Source: Lachnospiraceae bacterium (lineage in GTDB: Bacteria; Bacillota; Clostridia; Lachnospirales; Lachnospiraceae). From it: a DNA stretch of 39,862 bases. Both the position numbers and the translations under genes were made by a program. Location of the stretch: assembly GCA_017624175.1 (NCBI GenBank), contig JAGANP010000327.1, positions 1-39,862 on the forward strand, given 5' to 3'. This document shows positions 12,061 to 21,886 of the stretch, in pieces; position 1 is the stretch's first letter; every line of letters begins with the position of its first letter. The notes beneath the pieces are model-generated. The model searched no databases and was not told where the DNA came from. It saw nothing but the letters and a program-made list of their open reading frames with translations.

Positions 12061-12924
12061 TCAATCCTCCTTGCGGACCCTGGAGGGCGCCTGCCCGTAA
12101 TATTTTTTAAACAGCTTGCTGAAATGATAGGCATCGTCATACCCCACCGCAGCAGCCACCTCCTGGATGGACATCTCTTTCTCCTGCAGCAGCAGTTCCC
12201 GGGCTTTCTCCAGCCGGATGTGGATCAGATGCCGTATCGGCGTATCGCCGGTCTCGCTTTTAAAAATCTTGGAAATGTAAAAAGGACTCAGATACATATT
12301 TTCCGCAATGGTATCCAGAGAAATTTTTTCATTATAATGATCTTCAAAATAGCTGACAATCTGCTCCACCACATACTTTTTATTTACCGACTCGAAAGAA
12401 TAGCCTTTCATGGATTCGGGAAGCTGGGCCTGCTCTTTCAGAACCAGCAGCAGCAGCTGCATCAGTTAGGCTTTCAGCATATGATACCGCCCCTGCCAGC
12501 ATACGGTGCTCTCCGCTTCCATCGAGGAACAGATGCGGAAGATCCGCTGACGCAGCTCTCCGGCGGTATGCAGAATATAGCCTCCGCCGGGAAGCGGCAC
12601 CTCTCCCGGCTCCCACCCCGGCAGCTGCACATCGCAGAAGCCCACAAAGAACTCCGTGGCTGGCACCTCCGCCTCGGGCACATACAGGGCCTGATGATGG
12701 ACACCGGGCTTAAAGATCAGCAGATCACCCTCACTGACCTCATAGAGCTTCCCCTCAATATGGTATTTTCCCGTGCCGGACATGACAAAAGCCAGCTCCG
12801 TAATATCGTGACAGTGATAAGGCTCCTCTTCCGCAGTCCGGGTTCCTTTCCAGGTAAACAGAAAAGTGGGATTCAGCTCCTCTATCCTTATCTGGTTTTC
12901 CTCACAGGCGCAATATTTACTCAT
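12061..12924 (-). pseudogene. AraC-family regulator interrupted by one in-frame TAA (12466-12468)
   Basis: Cupin N-half (HCHDITE...PGVHH) and AraC HTH C-half are in the same frame: MLKA*LMQLLL. Confidence 0.85.
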
Positions 12925-13115
12925 CTGTATCTCTCTCCGCTGTTCTCTGAATTATACCTCTATTTTATACGCTGCTGTTCAAAATGTAAAATCTTTTTTA
13001 GAAAAAAATCTTTCCTCCCCCGCTGCTGCGCCGCAGACGAAAATCCCCGGAAAATCCATCTGTACAGATCTGTACAGGAATCCTCCGGGGTACTTTTGAG
13101 AACTTCTTTCAACCG

Positions 13116-14465
13116 CTAAATGCCCAGCATAAGCGTGGCAATGCGGAAATATACCAGCAGTGACAGAGCGTCCACAATGGTCGTGATAAAGGGGCTTGCC
13201 ATCACCGCCGGGTCGAATCCGATCCGCTTGGCCGCCATGGGCAAAAGGCAGCCCACCAGCATCGCCATCACCACCGCCGCCACCAGGGTAAGACATACCA
13301 CCAGCGACACCGCCAGCCCCACACGGTCAAACAGCATCAGCTTGGCAAAATTAGCCACGGCCAGCGTGCCGCCGCACAGCAGCGCCGTGCGAAGCTCCTT
13401 CCACATGATCCTGGGCACATCCCGGTACTCGATCTCTCCCAGAGAAAGTCCGCGGATAATTGTCACGCTGGTCTGTCCGCCTGCGTTACCGCCGGTATCC
13501 ATCAGCATGGGGATAAATGCCGTCAGCGCCACATAGACGCTTAAAGCGTCCTCAAAATGCGTGATGATGCTTCCGGTAAAGGTGGCGGACACCATCAGCA
13601 GCAGCAGCCAGGGAATTCTCTTTTTAAAGGTCTCCCATACGGAGGTGCGCATATAGGGCTTGTCGCTGGGAACCAGCGCCGCCATCTTTTCCATATCCTC
13701 CGTGGCCTCTTCTTCAATGACGTCCACGATATCGTCCACCGTGATAATGCCCACCAGGCGGTTCTCATTATCCACCACCGGCATGGCAGTAAAGCCGTAT
13801 TTCTGGAACTGTCTGGCCACTTCCTCCTGGTCGGTCTGGGTACGCACAGACACCACATTTTCATGCATGATCTCCCCGATGGTCTCATCGGGGTCGCTGA
13901 GCAGCAGATACCGCAGCGCCACCGTGCCTAAAAGCCTGCGCTGGGCATCCAGCACATAACAGATATTGATGGTCTCACTGTCCAGACCCACCTTGCGGAT
14001 CCGGGCGATGGCTTCCTCCACCGTCAGGCTTTCTTTCAGATCCACATACTCCACGGTCATGATGCTGCCCGCAGAATCCTCCGGATAGCGCAGCAGATGG
14101 TTGATATCCCGGCGGGTCTCCGGGCTGGCGCTCTCCAGCAGGCGCTTGACCACGTTGGCCGGCATTTCCTCCAGCAGATCCGCCGCATCATCGGCCATCA
14201 GATTGTCAATAATGCTGGCCGCCTCCCGGTCCGTCATGGAAGTGATGATCGTCTGCTGCAGATCCACATCCAGATAGGAAAAGATATCTGCCGCCAGATC
14301 CTTGGGCAGGATCCGAAATGCTTTCACCATGCTCTGTACCGGCAGTTCCTCCATGCATGCGGCAATATCCGCATCATTCAGGTCGATCAGCAGCTGGCGA
14401 AGCTTTGTGTACTGCTGCGTCTGCAGCAGCTCCTGTATTGTCTCAAATTCCTTTAACTGCTCCAT
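13116..14465 (-). CDS. mgtE: Magnesium transporter MgtE
   Basis: YPEDSAGSIMT, CBS pair, MDTGGNAGGQ, DPAVMASPFITTIVD. Confidence 0.97.
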   Translation of the reverse strand: MEQLKEFETIQELLQTQQYTKLRQLLIDLNDADIAACMEELPVQSMVKAFRILPKDLAADIFSYLDVDLQQTIITSMTDREAASIIDNLMADDAADLLEEMPANVVKRLLESASPETRRDINHLLRYPEDSAGSIMTVEYVDLKESLTVEEAIARIRKVGLDSETINICYVLDAQRRLLGTVALRYLLLSDPDETIGEIMHENVVSVRTQTDQEEVARQFQKYGFTAMPVVDNENRLVGIITVDDIVDVIEEEATEDMEKMAALVPSDKPYMRTSVWETFKKRIPWLLLLMVSATFTGSIITHFEDALSVYVALTAFIPMLMDTGGNAGGQTSVTIIRGLSLGEIEYRDVPRIMWKELRTALLCGGTLAVANFAKLMLFDRVGLAVSLVVCLTLVAAVVMAMLVGCLLPMAAKRIGFDPAVMASPFITTIVDALSLLVYFRIATLMLGI

Positions 14466-14547
14466 AGCATTTCTCCTTATGATGATTTTTTATGGTAATG
14501 CAACTTCGCCCGGGAGCGGGATCACTACTGCTTTTACTGCTCTTCAT
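14443..14547 (-). CDS. Putative leader peptide upstream of mgtE (34 aa)
   Basis: AGAAAGGTGG SD then ATG; MKSSKSSSDPAPGRSCITIKNHHKEKCYGAVKGI; overlaps the mgtE start out of frame. Confidence 0.4.
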   Translation of the reverse strand: MKSSKSSSDPAPGRSCITIKNHHKEKCYGAVKGI

Positions 14548-14590
14548 AAAAAACCACCACCTTTCTGAGAAATACTCATCCTTGTTCATT

Positions 14591-15247
14591 TTACGATTTT
14601 GCGCTTTTTTTGTCAATAAACCTTACTTCTTTTTTACATTCCCAGACAATCCTGCCGCAGGTGGCTTCCACCAGCTCCTTCTGCAGCTGCGGGGCCTGAT
14701 CCTTTCGGATCCGCAGGGTCAGCCGGACGTCCGGGCCGTACCGGCTGTCCACCGGCTCCAGGCCCTGCTCTCCCAGTATGTAAAGCACCTTGCCCACGCC
14801 GTTATAATCCGTCTGCAGATCAATCTCCAGCCCCTGACGCATAACACCCGTTACACAATCTGCCAGCCCCGCCTTGACCGCCTGGGTATACGCTCTCACC
14901 AGGCCGCCGGTTCCCAGCAGGGTACCGCCGAAATACCGGGTCACCACCACAGCCACATTGCGGATTTCCTCCGCCAGCAGCACCTCCAGCATGGGCCGCC
15001 CGGCCGTTCCGCTGGGCTCTCCGTCATCGCTGCACCGGGTCAGCTCCCCTCTGCTGCCGATTACAAAAGCGCTGCAGTTGTGCCTGGCATCCCAGTATTT
15101 CTTTTTCATTTCTTCTATAAAGGCTGCCGCCTCCTGCTCCGTCTCCACCCTGCGCACCGTGGCGATAAAACGGGATTTCTTCTCCACAATCTCCCCTTGA
15201 CCACCCTGGATCAACACACGATAATCCGCACTCTGCTCTGATGCCAT
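14591..15247 (-). CDS. yigZ: YigZ/IMPACT family protein
   Basis: EKKSRFIA, ARHNCSA, SDDGEPSGTAG, RYFGGTLLGTGGLVRAY; start reset to 15247. Confidence 0.93.
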   Translation of the reverse strand: MASEQSADYRVLIQGGQGEIVEKKSRFIATVRRVETEQEAAAFIEEMKKKYWDARHNCSAFVIGSRGELTRCSDDGEPSGTAGRPMLEVLLAEEIRNVAVVVTRYFGGTLLGTGGLVRAYTQAVKAGLADCVTGVMRQGLEIDLQTDYNGVGKVLYILGEQGLEPVDSRYGPDVRLTLRIRKDQAPQLQKELVEATCGRIVWECKKEVRFIDKKSAKS

Positions 15248-15399
15248 CCACTCCGCATTCCTTTCCTGCAGGCTCTCCTGCACTGATAACAGTATATCCC
15301 AAAACTTCCCCCAGAGCCAATACTTTCTGATTAAAATATAATTTTTTCGTGAACAATTCTTAATATCTTCAAGAAAACCTTTATTTACCAAGGATTATT

Positions 15400-15408
15400 T
15401 GGTATAAT
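15400..15408 (+). promoter_or_regulatory. Extended -10 promoter upstream of the PBP gene
   Basis: TGGTATAAT (TGnTATAAT). Confidence 0.55.
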
Positions 15409-15417
15409 GTCCGAAAA

Positions 15418-15616
15418 GGGCAGAGTCAGGACGATGCGTAAGGCTCCTGCCGAGCTTGCTCGGGCAGAGACTTATGCATCGTTCTGACGAGCGAAGCGAC
15501 TGCGAAAATCTCTGATTTTCGCAGCTCTGCCCGTGGGGTGCTGCAAACCAATGATTTGATTTCCGCAGCTCTGCCCGTAGAGAACTGCAATCCAATGTTA
15601 CGCAGCTCTCCCCGGG
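15418..15616 (+). repeat. Nested-palindrome intergenic element with three CGCAGCTCT(G/C)CC copies
   Basis: GGGCAGAG...CTCTGCCC encloses a long hairpin (TCAGGACGATGCGTAAG/CTTATGCATCGTTCTGA) and CTGCGAAAATC/GATTTTCGCAG. Confidence 0.7.
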
Positions 15617-15652
15617 AATCCCCCGTCCTACTTAACGAAAGGGAGTCATTTT

Positions 15653-18346
15653 ATGGATTATAGTAAAAAAGGCGTCCGGGCCCGTCAGAAGACCTTGAAC
15701 GCCAAATCACAGAAAATGGGAAGAAAAGCCGCCCTGTTGGTACTAAAACTCTTCCTCGTCGCCATCGTTGGCATAGGCATCATCGGCATCTCTGCCGGCA
15801 TCGGCATGTACAAGGGCATCCTGGCCTCCACCCCGGAGATCTCACCCAGCGATGTGGCCCCCGTGGGCGCCGCTACCTTTGTGTACGATTGTGAGGGCAA
15901 TAAACTGGACGAGCTCATCGCCGTCAACTCCAACCGTATCATCGTGACCCAGGACAAGATCCCTGAAAATCTGGCTCATGCCTTTGTGGCCATTGAGGAT
16001 GAACGTTTTTACCAGCACAACGGTATCGACTACAAAGGACTGCTCCGGTCCGCCTATCAGTTCATCAAAACCCTCGGTGATGAGACCCAGGGAGCCAGCA
16101 CCATTACCCAGCAGCTGCTGAAAAACACGATTTTCACGGATTGGACCTCGGAGGGCAAAAATTATATTAAAAAAATCAAGCGAAAGCTTCAGGAGCAGTA
16201 CCTGGCCATCGAGCTGAGCAAGACCCTGAGCAAGGATGAGATTCTGGTGCGTTATATGAACACTATCAACCTGGGGCAGAAGACCCTGGGCGTTGAGGCT
16301 GCCGCACAGCGTTAGTTCGGGAAATCCTGCAGCGAGCTGACCCTGTCCGAGTGCGCAGTTATCGCTTCCATTACCCAGAATCCTTCCCGCTACAACCCCA
16401 TCAGCCATCCGGAAGATAATGCGAAACGCCGGGAGACCTGTCTGACAAATATGCTGGAGCTGGAGTTTATCACCCAGGAAGAATATGACGAGGCCATGGC
16501 GGATAATGTCTACGAGCGGATTGAAAGCCATAACATCAACTACCTGGCCAACAGCTCCTCCAGCACTTATTTTACGGATGCGGTGCAGAAACAGGTTAAG
16601 GAAGATCTGCTGGCAGCGGGCTACAACGAGACCCAGGCGGAATTCCTGCTGTACTCCGGCGGTCTGCGGATCATGACCACCATGGATCCCAAGATCCAGG
16701 CCATCGCCGATGCAGAGGTGGCGAACCCGGACAATTATCCGGCGGATGTAAAATGGCTGCTGGATTATGCGCTGACCATCACCCATGCGGACGGCACCCA
16801 TACCAATTACAGCAAGGAAATGATGACCGAATATTTTAAGGAAAATGTGGATAAGAGCTTTAACCTGATCTTTACCTCTCAGGATGCTGCTCTGGAGGCC
16901 ATTGAGCAATACCGGAACTCTCTGATGCAGGAGGGGGACGATTATGACGAGAATTATAATCTGACTCCCCAGCCCCAGACTGCTCTGGCAATCATTGAGC
17001 AGGAAACCGGCTATGTGCGTGCCCTTGTGGGAGGCCGCGGAGCCAAGGAGGGCCGTCTGACCTTTAACCGTGCTACGGACGCTACCCGGCAGCCCGGCTC
17101 CACCTTTAAGGTTCTGGCGTCCTATGCGCCTGCACTGGACAGCTGCGGCATTACGCTGGCCTCAGTATTTATTGATGCACCGTTTAATTATGCAGACGGC
17201 ACACCCGTGCGAAACTGGTACGGCGAAGCCTACAAGGGACCGGTGACGGTGCGCTATGCCATCGAACAGTCCATGAATATCATTGCCGTAAAGACTATCA
17301 CTCAGGTTACTCCGAAGCTGTCCTATGACTACCTGATCAACTTCGGCTTTACCACGCTGACCACCGGCAAGGTGGTGGGCAATCAGGTATTGGGAGATGT
17401 GAACCAGGCTACCGCACTGGGCGGCCTGACCGACGGCGTCACTCCTCTGGAATTGACGGCCGCCTATGCCACCATTGCCAACGGCGGCGTATACAACACG
17501 CCGAAGCTGTACACCCAGGTGCTGGATGCGGACGGCAATGTAATCCTGGATAACACCGGAAATGAGGACAGCCGCCGGGTACTGCAGGAATCCACAGCTT
17601 TCCTGCTGACGGACGCCATGGTGGACGTGGTAACCAAGGGCACCGGAACCGCCGCTAATTTCTCCGGCATGGCCGTTGCCGGTAAGACCGGTACGACCTC
17701 CAATAATGTGGATGTATGGTTTGCAGGCTTCACGCCCTATTACACCTGTGCCACCTGGGTTGGTTATGATAACAATGTTCACATGAACAGCGGCAGAACC
17801 GCTGCCAATGAGACCAATATTGCCAAGAAGCTCTGGCATAATATTATGGAGCAGATTCATGAGGAGCTGCCCAGCCAGTCCTTCACCGTACCCACCGGTG
17901 TGATCCAATACAGTATCTGTAAGGATTCCGGCAAGCTTGCCAATCCCGGTGTATGCCCCGAGTCTTCCATCGGTACGGAATATTTTGCAGAGGGGACGAT
18001 CCCCACAGAGATTTGTGACGTACATTACAGCGGCCTGATCTGCGAATACGATCAGCTGCCTGCAAGCGCAGAATGTCCTTTCAGCTATCAGGGCGTAACC
18101 ACACGGCTGCCGGCCGAGGATGCTTCCCTGGCACAGGGCTCCACAATGTCCACCACTCTTCCGGACGGAACAGTGACCTACACCAACCCGAATGTACAGA
18201 GTACCTGCCAGCACGACGCAAACTTCTTCCTTAATCCTGATTATGAGACGATTCTCAATCAGCAGCGTTATGAGATAGAACTGCGCCGCCAGCAGCACCA
18301 GCAGATGCTGGAACAGCAGCAGCTCCAGCAGAATGCCGATGGCTGA
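15653..18346 (+). pseudogene. ponA: Class A penicillin-binding protein (PBP1A family) with in-frame TAG at 16313-16315
   Basis: EDERFYQHNG and GASTITQQ (glycosyltransferase); GSTFK, SMN, KTGT (transpeptidase); frame continues through AAAQR*FGKS. Confidence 0.88.
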
Positions 18347-18374
18347 TCACCCAGTCAAAAAGATATATGATTTC

Positions 18375-18420
18375 AAAAAGGCCTGCCGCACAGGATTGCT
18401 CCTGTGCGGCAGACCCTTTT
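18375..18420 (+). terminator. Intrinsic terminator of the PBP gene
   Basis: CTGCCGCACAGGA-TTGC-TCCTGTGCGGCAG with A/T tracts on both sides. Confidence 0.85.
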
Positions 18421-18619
18421 CCTATTATAAGTTTCCCCTTTTACATGGAATATGATATATTGTTTCCACAATTAAGTAAATACGTTTTTTTCATAAAGTA
18501 TAGAATAATTCGTAAGATTATTACAGCGGATGTCAAATTTTGCTAACCACCATCTGTAAGCAAGGCTTTCATAGCAATTACCACCTATCCGATAATTGCT
18601 GTGAAAAACTTGCAGCCAA

Positions 18620-18844
18620 TTACTGAACAGGCGGCTCATACTTAATTAAGTCAGATACTCCGCAATCAAGAACACAGCATAATCTTGCTATTGTGTTCAA
18701 GTCTATTCGAGATACATCATTTTTACAAAACCTGTTTATCTGGGTATGGCTTATTTTCGCCTTATAAGATAACTGTGTTTTGCTGATGCCCTTTTCTTTT
18801 ATCAATTCTTCTAAGTTTAAGGTAGCTTTTCCAAACTCGTTCAT
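18620..18844 (-). CDS. Small Cro/C1-type (XRE) HTH regulator
   Basis: KGISKTQLSYKAKISHTQINRF...IARLCCVLDCGVSDLI; AGGAG RBS. Confidence 0.85.
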   Translation of the reverse strand: MNEFGKATLNLEELIKEKGISKTQLSYKAKISHTQINRFCKNDVSRIDLNTIARLCCVLDCGVSDLIKYEPPVQ

Positions 18845-18966
18845 TGCATTACTCCTTTTATCCTACATTATATAATTCAATGAATAATTATGTTAGATGT
18901 GATATATTTGATGAATTATATATCCTGAAAGATGTTTCATTTTCTTGTTGAAAACACAGTATATTT

Positions 18967-20020
18967 GTCAGTTGCGGTAACGAAGCACCTGCAGAGGTCA
19001 TGGCAACTGTTGAAGATATCGAGGCATCAAATGAACAAACCGAAGCCGAAACCGACAGTATTCCCGAAGCCACAGCAACGCCTGATATGACGGCTACAGA
19101 GGAACCTGAACCCGAAGCAACGGCAGAGCCTGACGCCACCACGGAGCCTGAAACAACGGCAGAACCCACCGTCACCACAGAGCCTGCTGACACCGCAGAT
19201 ACGCAGGAAGCGGTGGAAGCTGCCGACGCTGCGGAACCTACTGCTGCGGAAGCGGCGGCAACAGCAACCCCCGAAGCGGAACCCGCTGCCGTGGTATATA
19301 CATACACCGACATGAACCAGACCATGTGGACGAAGTCCAGCGTCAATGTGAGAGACCTCCCCAGCACCGACGGCAATAAGGTAGGCAGCCTGAAAGGCGG
19401 TCAGGAAGTCACCGTCACAGGGAGCGGCAGTCTCCTCTGAATGGTATTCCGCATCTTCCTCTGCGTTCATCGACTCTCTGAATCAGAAGAGGGCGGAACA
19501 GGGATTAGCCGCTTTGGCCTGGGATAGCACTCTTGAGCAGAACGCATTGGCAAGGGCGGTTCAGCTTGCAAGCGATTACAGCCACAACGGAGGTACCTAT
19601 GCGGAAAACATTGCTGAAATCTATTCCGACCCTTTAAATATCGAAGCATGGTATAACGCATGGTACAATTCGGAGGGGCACCGTGCAAATATGTTTTCCA
19701 CAGGATACGTCAAAGCTGCCTGCACTTATTATACAAACGGCAGCAAGTCCTATGTCATCACGGTATTTCAGGGGGATACCTCTCCTGCATCGGCGGAACA
19801 GCTACAGCAGCAGATTGATAGCGGTGAACTGACTCATATAAATAGTACAACCGATGAAAACACAGGCGCAACTGTGGACGTATATGGTACTCCCGGTACA
19901 AAAACTGAAGAACAGGCTATTGCAGACGGTGACATAACTCAGGAGCAGGCAGATGCTGTAAGGGCATTGATAGAACAACTAAGGGCTGAGACGGAAGCTG
20001 AGGCAGAAAGCGGAAATTAA
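18967..20020 (+). pseudogene. Degraded lipoprotein: acidic linker, truncated SH3b domain and CAP (SCP-like) domain
   Basis: Residual VSCGN lipobox with an upstream in-frame TGA; SVNVRDLPSTDGNKVGSL SH3b start breaks at about 19420; CAP (LNQKRAEQGL...AENIA...WYNSEGHRANM) continues in the +1 frame. Confidence 0.7.
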
Positions 20021-20116
20021 AATAAAGAATACCGAGAGGGCTTATCAGAAATGGTAAGTCCTTTCTTCTTTTCACTTAAATTTTCTTTAAATTAATACAG
20101 AAAATTATAGACACAC

Positions 20117-20153
20117 AAAAACAGCGGAAACCCTGTAAAATCAAGGTTTCCGC
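20117..20153 (-). terminator. Hairpin just 3' of the tRNA fragment
   Basis: GCGGAAACC...GGTTTCCGC with T-tract on minus strand. Confidence 0.6.
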
Positions 20154-20164
20154 CGCTTTTCAAT

Positions 20165-20190
20165 AAGCTGCTGACGGGAATCGGACCCGT
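20165..20190 (-). other. Prophage attachment site: duplicated tRNA 3' end (probably tRNA-Thr)
   Basis: Minus strand ACGGGTCCGATTCCCGTCAGCAGCTT = T-arm plus acceptor 3' strand with no 5' half; isotype recalled, not searched. Confidence 0.75.
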
Positions 20191-20322
20191 TTCATGTCTT
20201 TTTTGTGAATTATTGTAAAATACACTATTTTTCATTTTTCCCTTATTTTAAGGGTTTTTATTGTCTTTTATTTTGTTCCGTATTCCTTTTTTTGATATCG
20301 GCATCCCTTAAAAAATAATAAC

Positions 20323-20344
20323 ATGCAACACGATATGCAACACG
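20323..20344. repeat. 10-bp direct repeat, likely integrase arm-type sites
   Basis: ATGCAACACG-AT-ATGCAACACG about 130 bp inside the att. Confidence 0.6.
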
Positions 20345-20363
20345 TTTTTTAATAGAAACGGAC

Positions 20364-20406
20364 ATACAAAGATGGCCCCGGCAATGAACCGGTACCATCT
20401 TTGTAT
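20364..20406 (-). terminator. Hairpin ending the lysis transcript
   Basis: ATACAAAGATGG..CCGG-N7-CCGG..CCATCTTTGTAT. Confidence 0.7.
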
Positions 20407-20430
20407 TAATCCTGGTGCTCCTGCTGCAGA

Positions 20431-21294
20431 TCATTGATCCAGGCACAGCAGAGACGTGATCGTATCCACTCCGGCCACGCCGTCCATGGACAGGTTATTG
20501 ATCTCCTGCCACTGCAGCACTGCGGCCCGGGTATCGTTGCCGTACTTGCCGTCCTCTGCCAGATTGACACTCAGCAGCACGTTGAGTCGGGCCTGCACCC
20601 ACCTGACCACCTCGCCGGTACTGCCTACCCTGTAACGGCCCTCTGACAGCGTACCGGCCTTAAGGAGCGTCTTTTTGATCGCCACCGAGGTATTGGCGCC
20701 CTTGAGACCGTCAACGACCAGAGAGCGCCCTGCAGCATCTGTAATGCCGTCCGCATTGAGGGCCTCCTGCAGGCTCTCTACATTGGCATTGTAGGTTATC
20801 GTGCTGGTGGCCGTGTTTGTGCTGGTGGCCGGGTCTACGGTCTCGGTACCTTTTGCGTCAGCGATCATGTCCGCCAGCGGAAAATATCGGCCGGGGCAGG
20901 CCGTTGCTCCGTGGGCCTTATGGCCACAGATCTCTGTGATTGTGGGGTACTTGTCCAGGGCCTGGCGGATCAGCTGCACAGCGGCCTCATATTGAGCGGC
21001 AGGCATGTCCTGATCTGTCTCATAGTTGCCCTCCAGACAAATCCCTACGCTGGCGGAGTTGTACCCGGCGCAATGGGCGCCGACATACTCCCAGCCCCGG
21101 CCCTGGTATACGGTGCCGTCCCGGCGGACATAAAAGTTATAGCCGATCCCCAGCCAGCCCCGGCCCAGGTGCCACTTGTGGATGGTCTCAACGCTGGCGC
21201 TGGGAGCAGCGGCGTGGTGGATGATCAGCATGGTGGTTTTCTTGCGCTTGGTAAGCTTTCCCGTGAATAGTAAATTTGCGTTGATGATGTTCAT
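20431..21294 (-). CDS. Endolysin: N-acetylmuramoyl-L-alanine amidase (Amidase_2) with two peptidoglycan-binding domains
   Basis: IIHHAA, GIGYNF, GAHC, GHK...TACPG; LVVDGLKGANT and DGKYGNDT...DGVAG. Confidence 0.92.
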   Translation of the reverse strand: MNIINANLLFTGKLTKRKKTTMLIIHHAAAPSASVETIHKWHLGRGWLGIGYNFYVRRDGTVYQGRGWEYVGAHCAGYNSASVGICLEGNYETDQDMPAAQYEAAVQLIRQALDKYPTITEICGHKAHGATACPGRYFPLADMIADAKGTETVDPATSTNTATSTITYNANVESLQEALNADGITDAAGRSLVVDGLKGANTSVAIKKTLLKAGTLSEGRYRVGSTGEVVRWVQARLNVLLSVNLAEDGKYGNDTRAAVLQWQEINNLSMDGVAGVDTITSLLCLDQ

Positions 21295-21297
21295 AGA

Positions 21298-21516
21298 TTA
21301 TTCCTCGCTTTCTGAATTGACTTCCGGCAGGCCTGCCAGACTTGTCAGAAGAGACAGTACTCCGGCCAGGGCAGCTGCACTGGCCACCATTGCCCAGTTG
21401 ACGTCTCCCATTACTGCAGCTGTGCCGATTGTGGCCACGGCTGTCTGTGCTACGGTCTTTACGGCTCTTACGCCTGCTTTCTTGATCCATTCGATCCAGT
21501 ATTCTTTGTTTTTCAT
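21298..21516 (-). CDS. Holin (r1t-like)
   Basis: [10 protein letters not shown]...[12 protein letters not shown]; next to endolysin. Confidence 0.9.
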   Translation of the reverse strand: MKNKEYWIEWIKKAGVRAVKTVAQTAVATIGTAAVMGDVNWAMVASAAALAGVLSLLTSLAGLPEVNSESEE

Positions 21517-21773
21517 AATCCCTCTTTCTCCAGGTTTTCCAGGTCCTGGATCCTGTGATTAATTACCTTGATCTGCTCCTCGACTACCGGCATCCGTTTT
21601 GCAAAATTATTGTGTTCTCTCACCTCTCTGGTGAGCTCCTCAATCTTGCAATCCATGACTGCCTGAGTCTTATCCAATGACTGCTCGATCTTCCGGTTGC
21701 TCTGCACGTTAGAGATGATTACTCCAATCAGTGCAAGACCTCCCGTGATCAATGCTGCAACAATGGATTCCAT
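21513..21773 (-). CDS. Lysis-cassette membrane protein (TM plus coiled coil)
   Basis: N-terminal hydrophobic helix, [12 protein letters not shown]; overlaps the holin start. Confidence 0.75.
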   Translation of the reverse strand: MESIVAALITGGLALIGVIISNVQSNRKIEQSLDKTQAVMDCKIEELTREVREHNNFAKRMPVVEEQIKVINHRIQDLENLEKEGL

Positions 21774-21802
21774 GACAATCCTCCTCCCTGTATTGATTTA
21801 TA

Positions 21803-21851
21803 GCAAAGAGCCGGGCACCTCCTTTCGGAAGCATCCGGCTCTATGGCTCTG
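21803..21851 (-). promoter_or_regulatory. Hairpin with tandem AGAGCC motif upstream of the lysis cassette
   Basis: AGAGCC-AT-AGAGCCGG...GAAA...CCGGCTCT-TTG. Confidence 0.65.
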
Positions 21852-21886
21852 ATTAATAGATTATACTGTTGTAAGGGTGATCCGCT

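Noticed and set aside
14466-14590. M-box (ykoK) riboswitch before mgtE
   Set aside because: Region is too short and lacks the recognisable aptamer and terminator
12466-16315. Stop-codon reassignment to Tyr explaining both in-frame stops
   Set aside because: Two different codons are involved, and TAA and TAG terminate many clearly bounded genes here (groL, groS, capsid); mutation or error is simpler
20392-20403. Third copy of the ATGGTAC late-promoter motif
   Set aside because: Lies within a terminator arm, lacks the AAA and a correctly spaced -10
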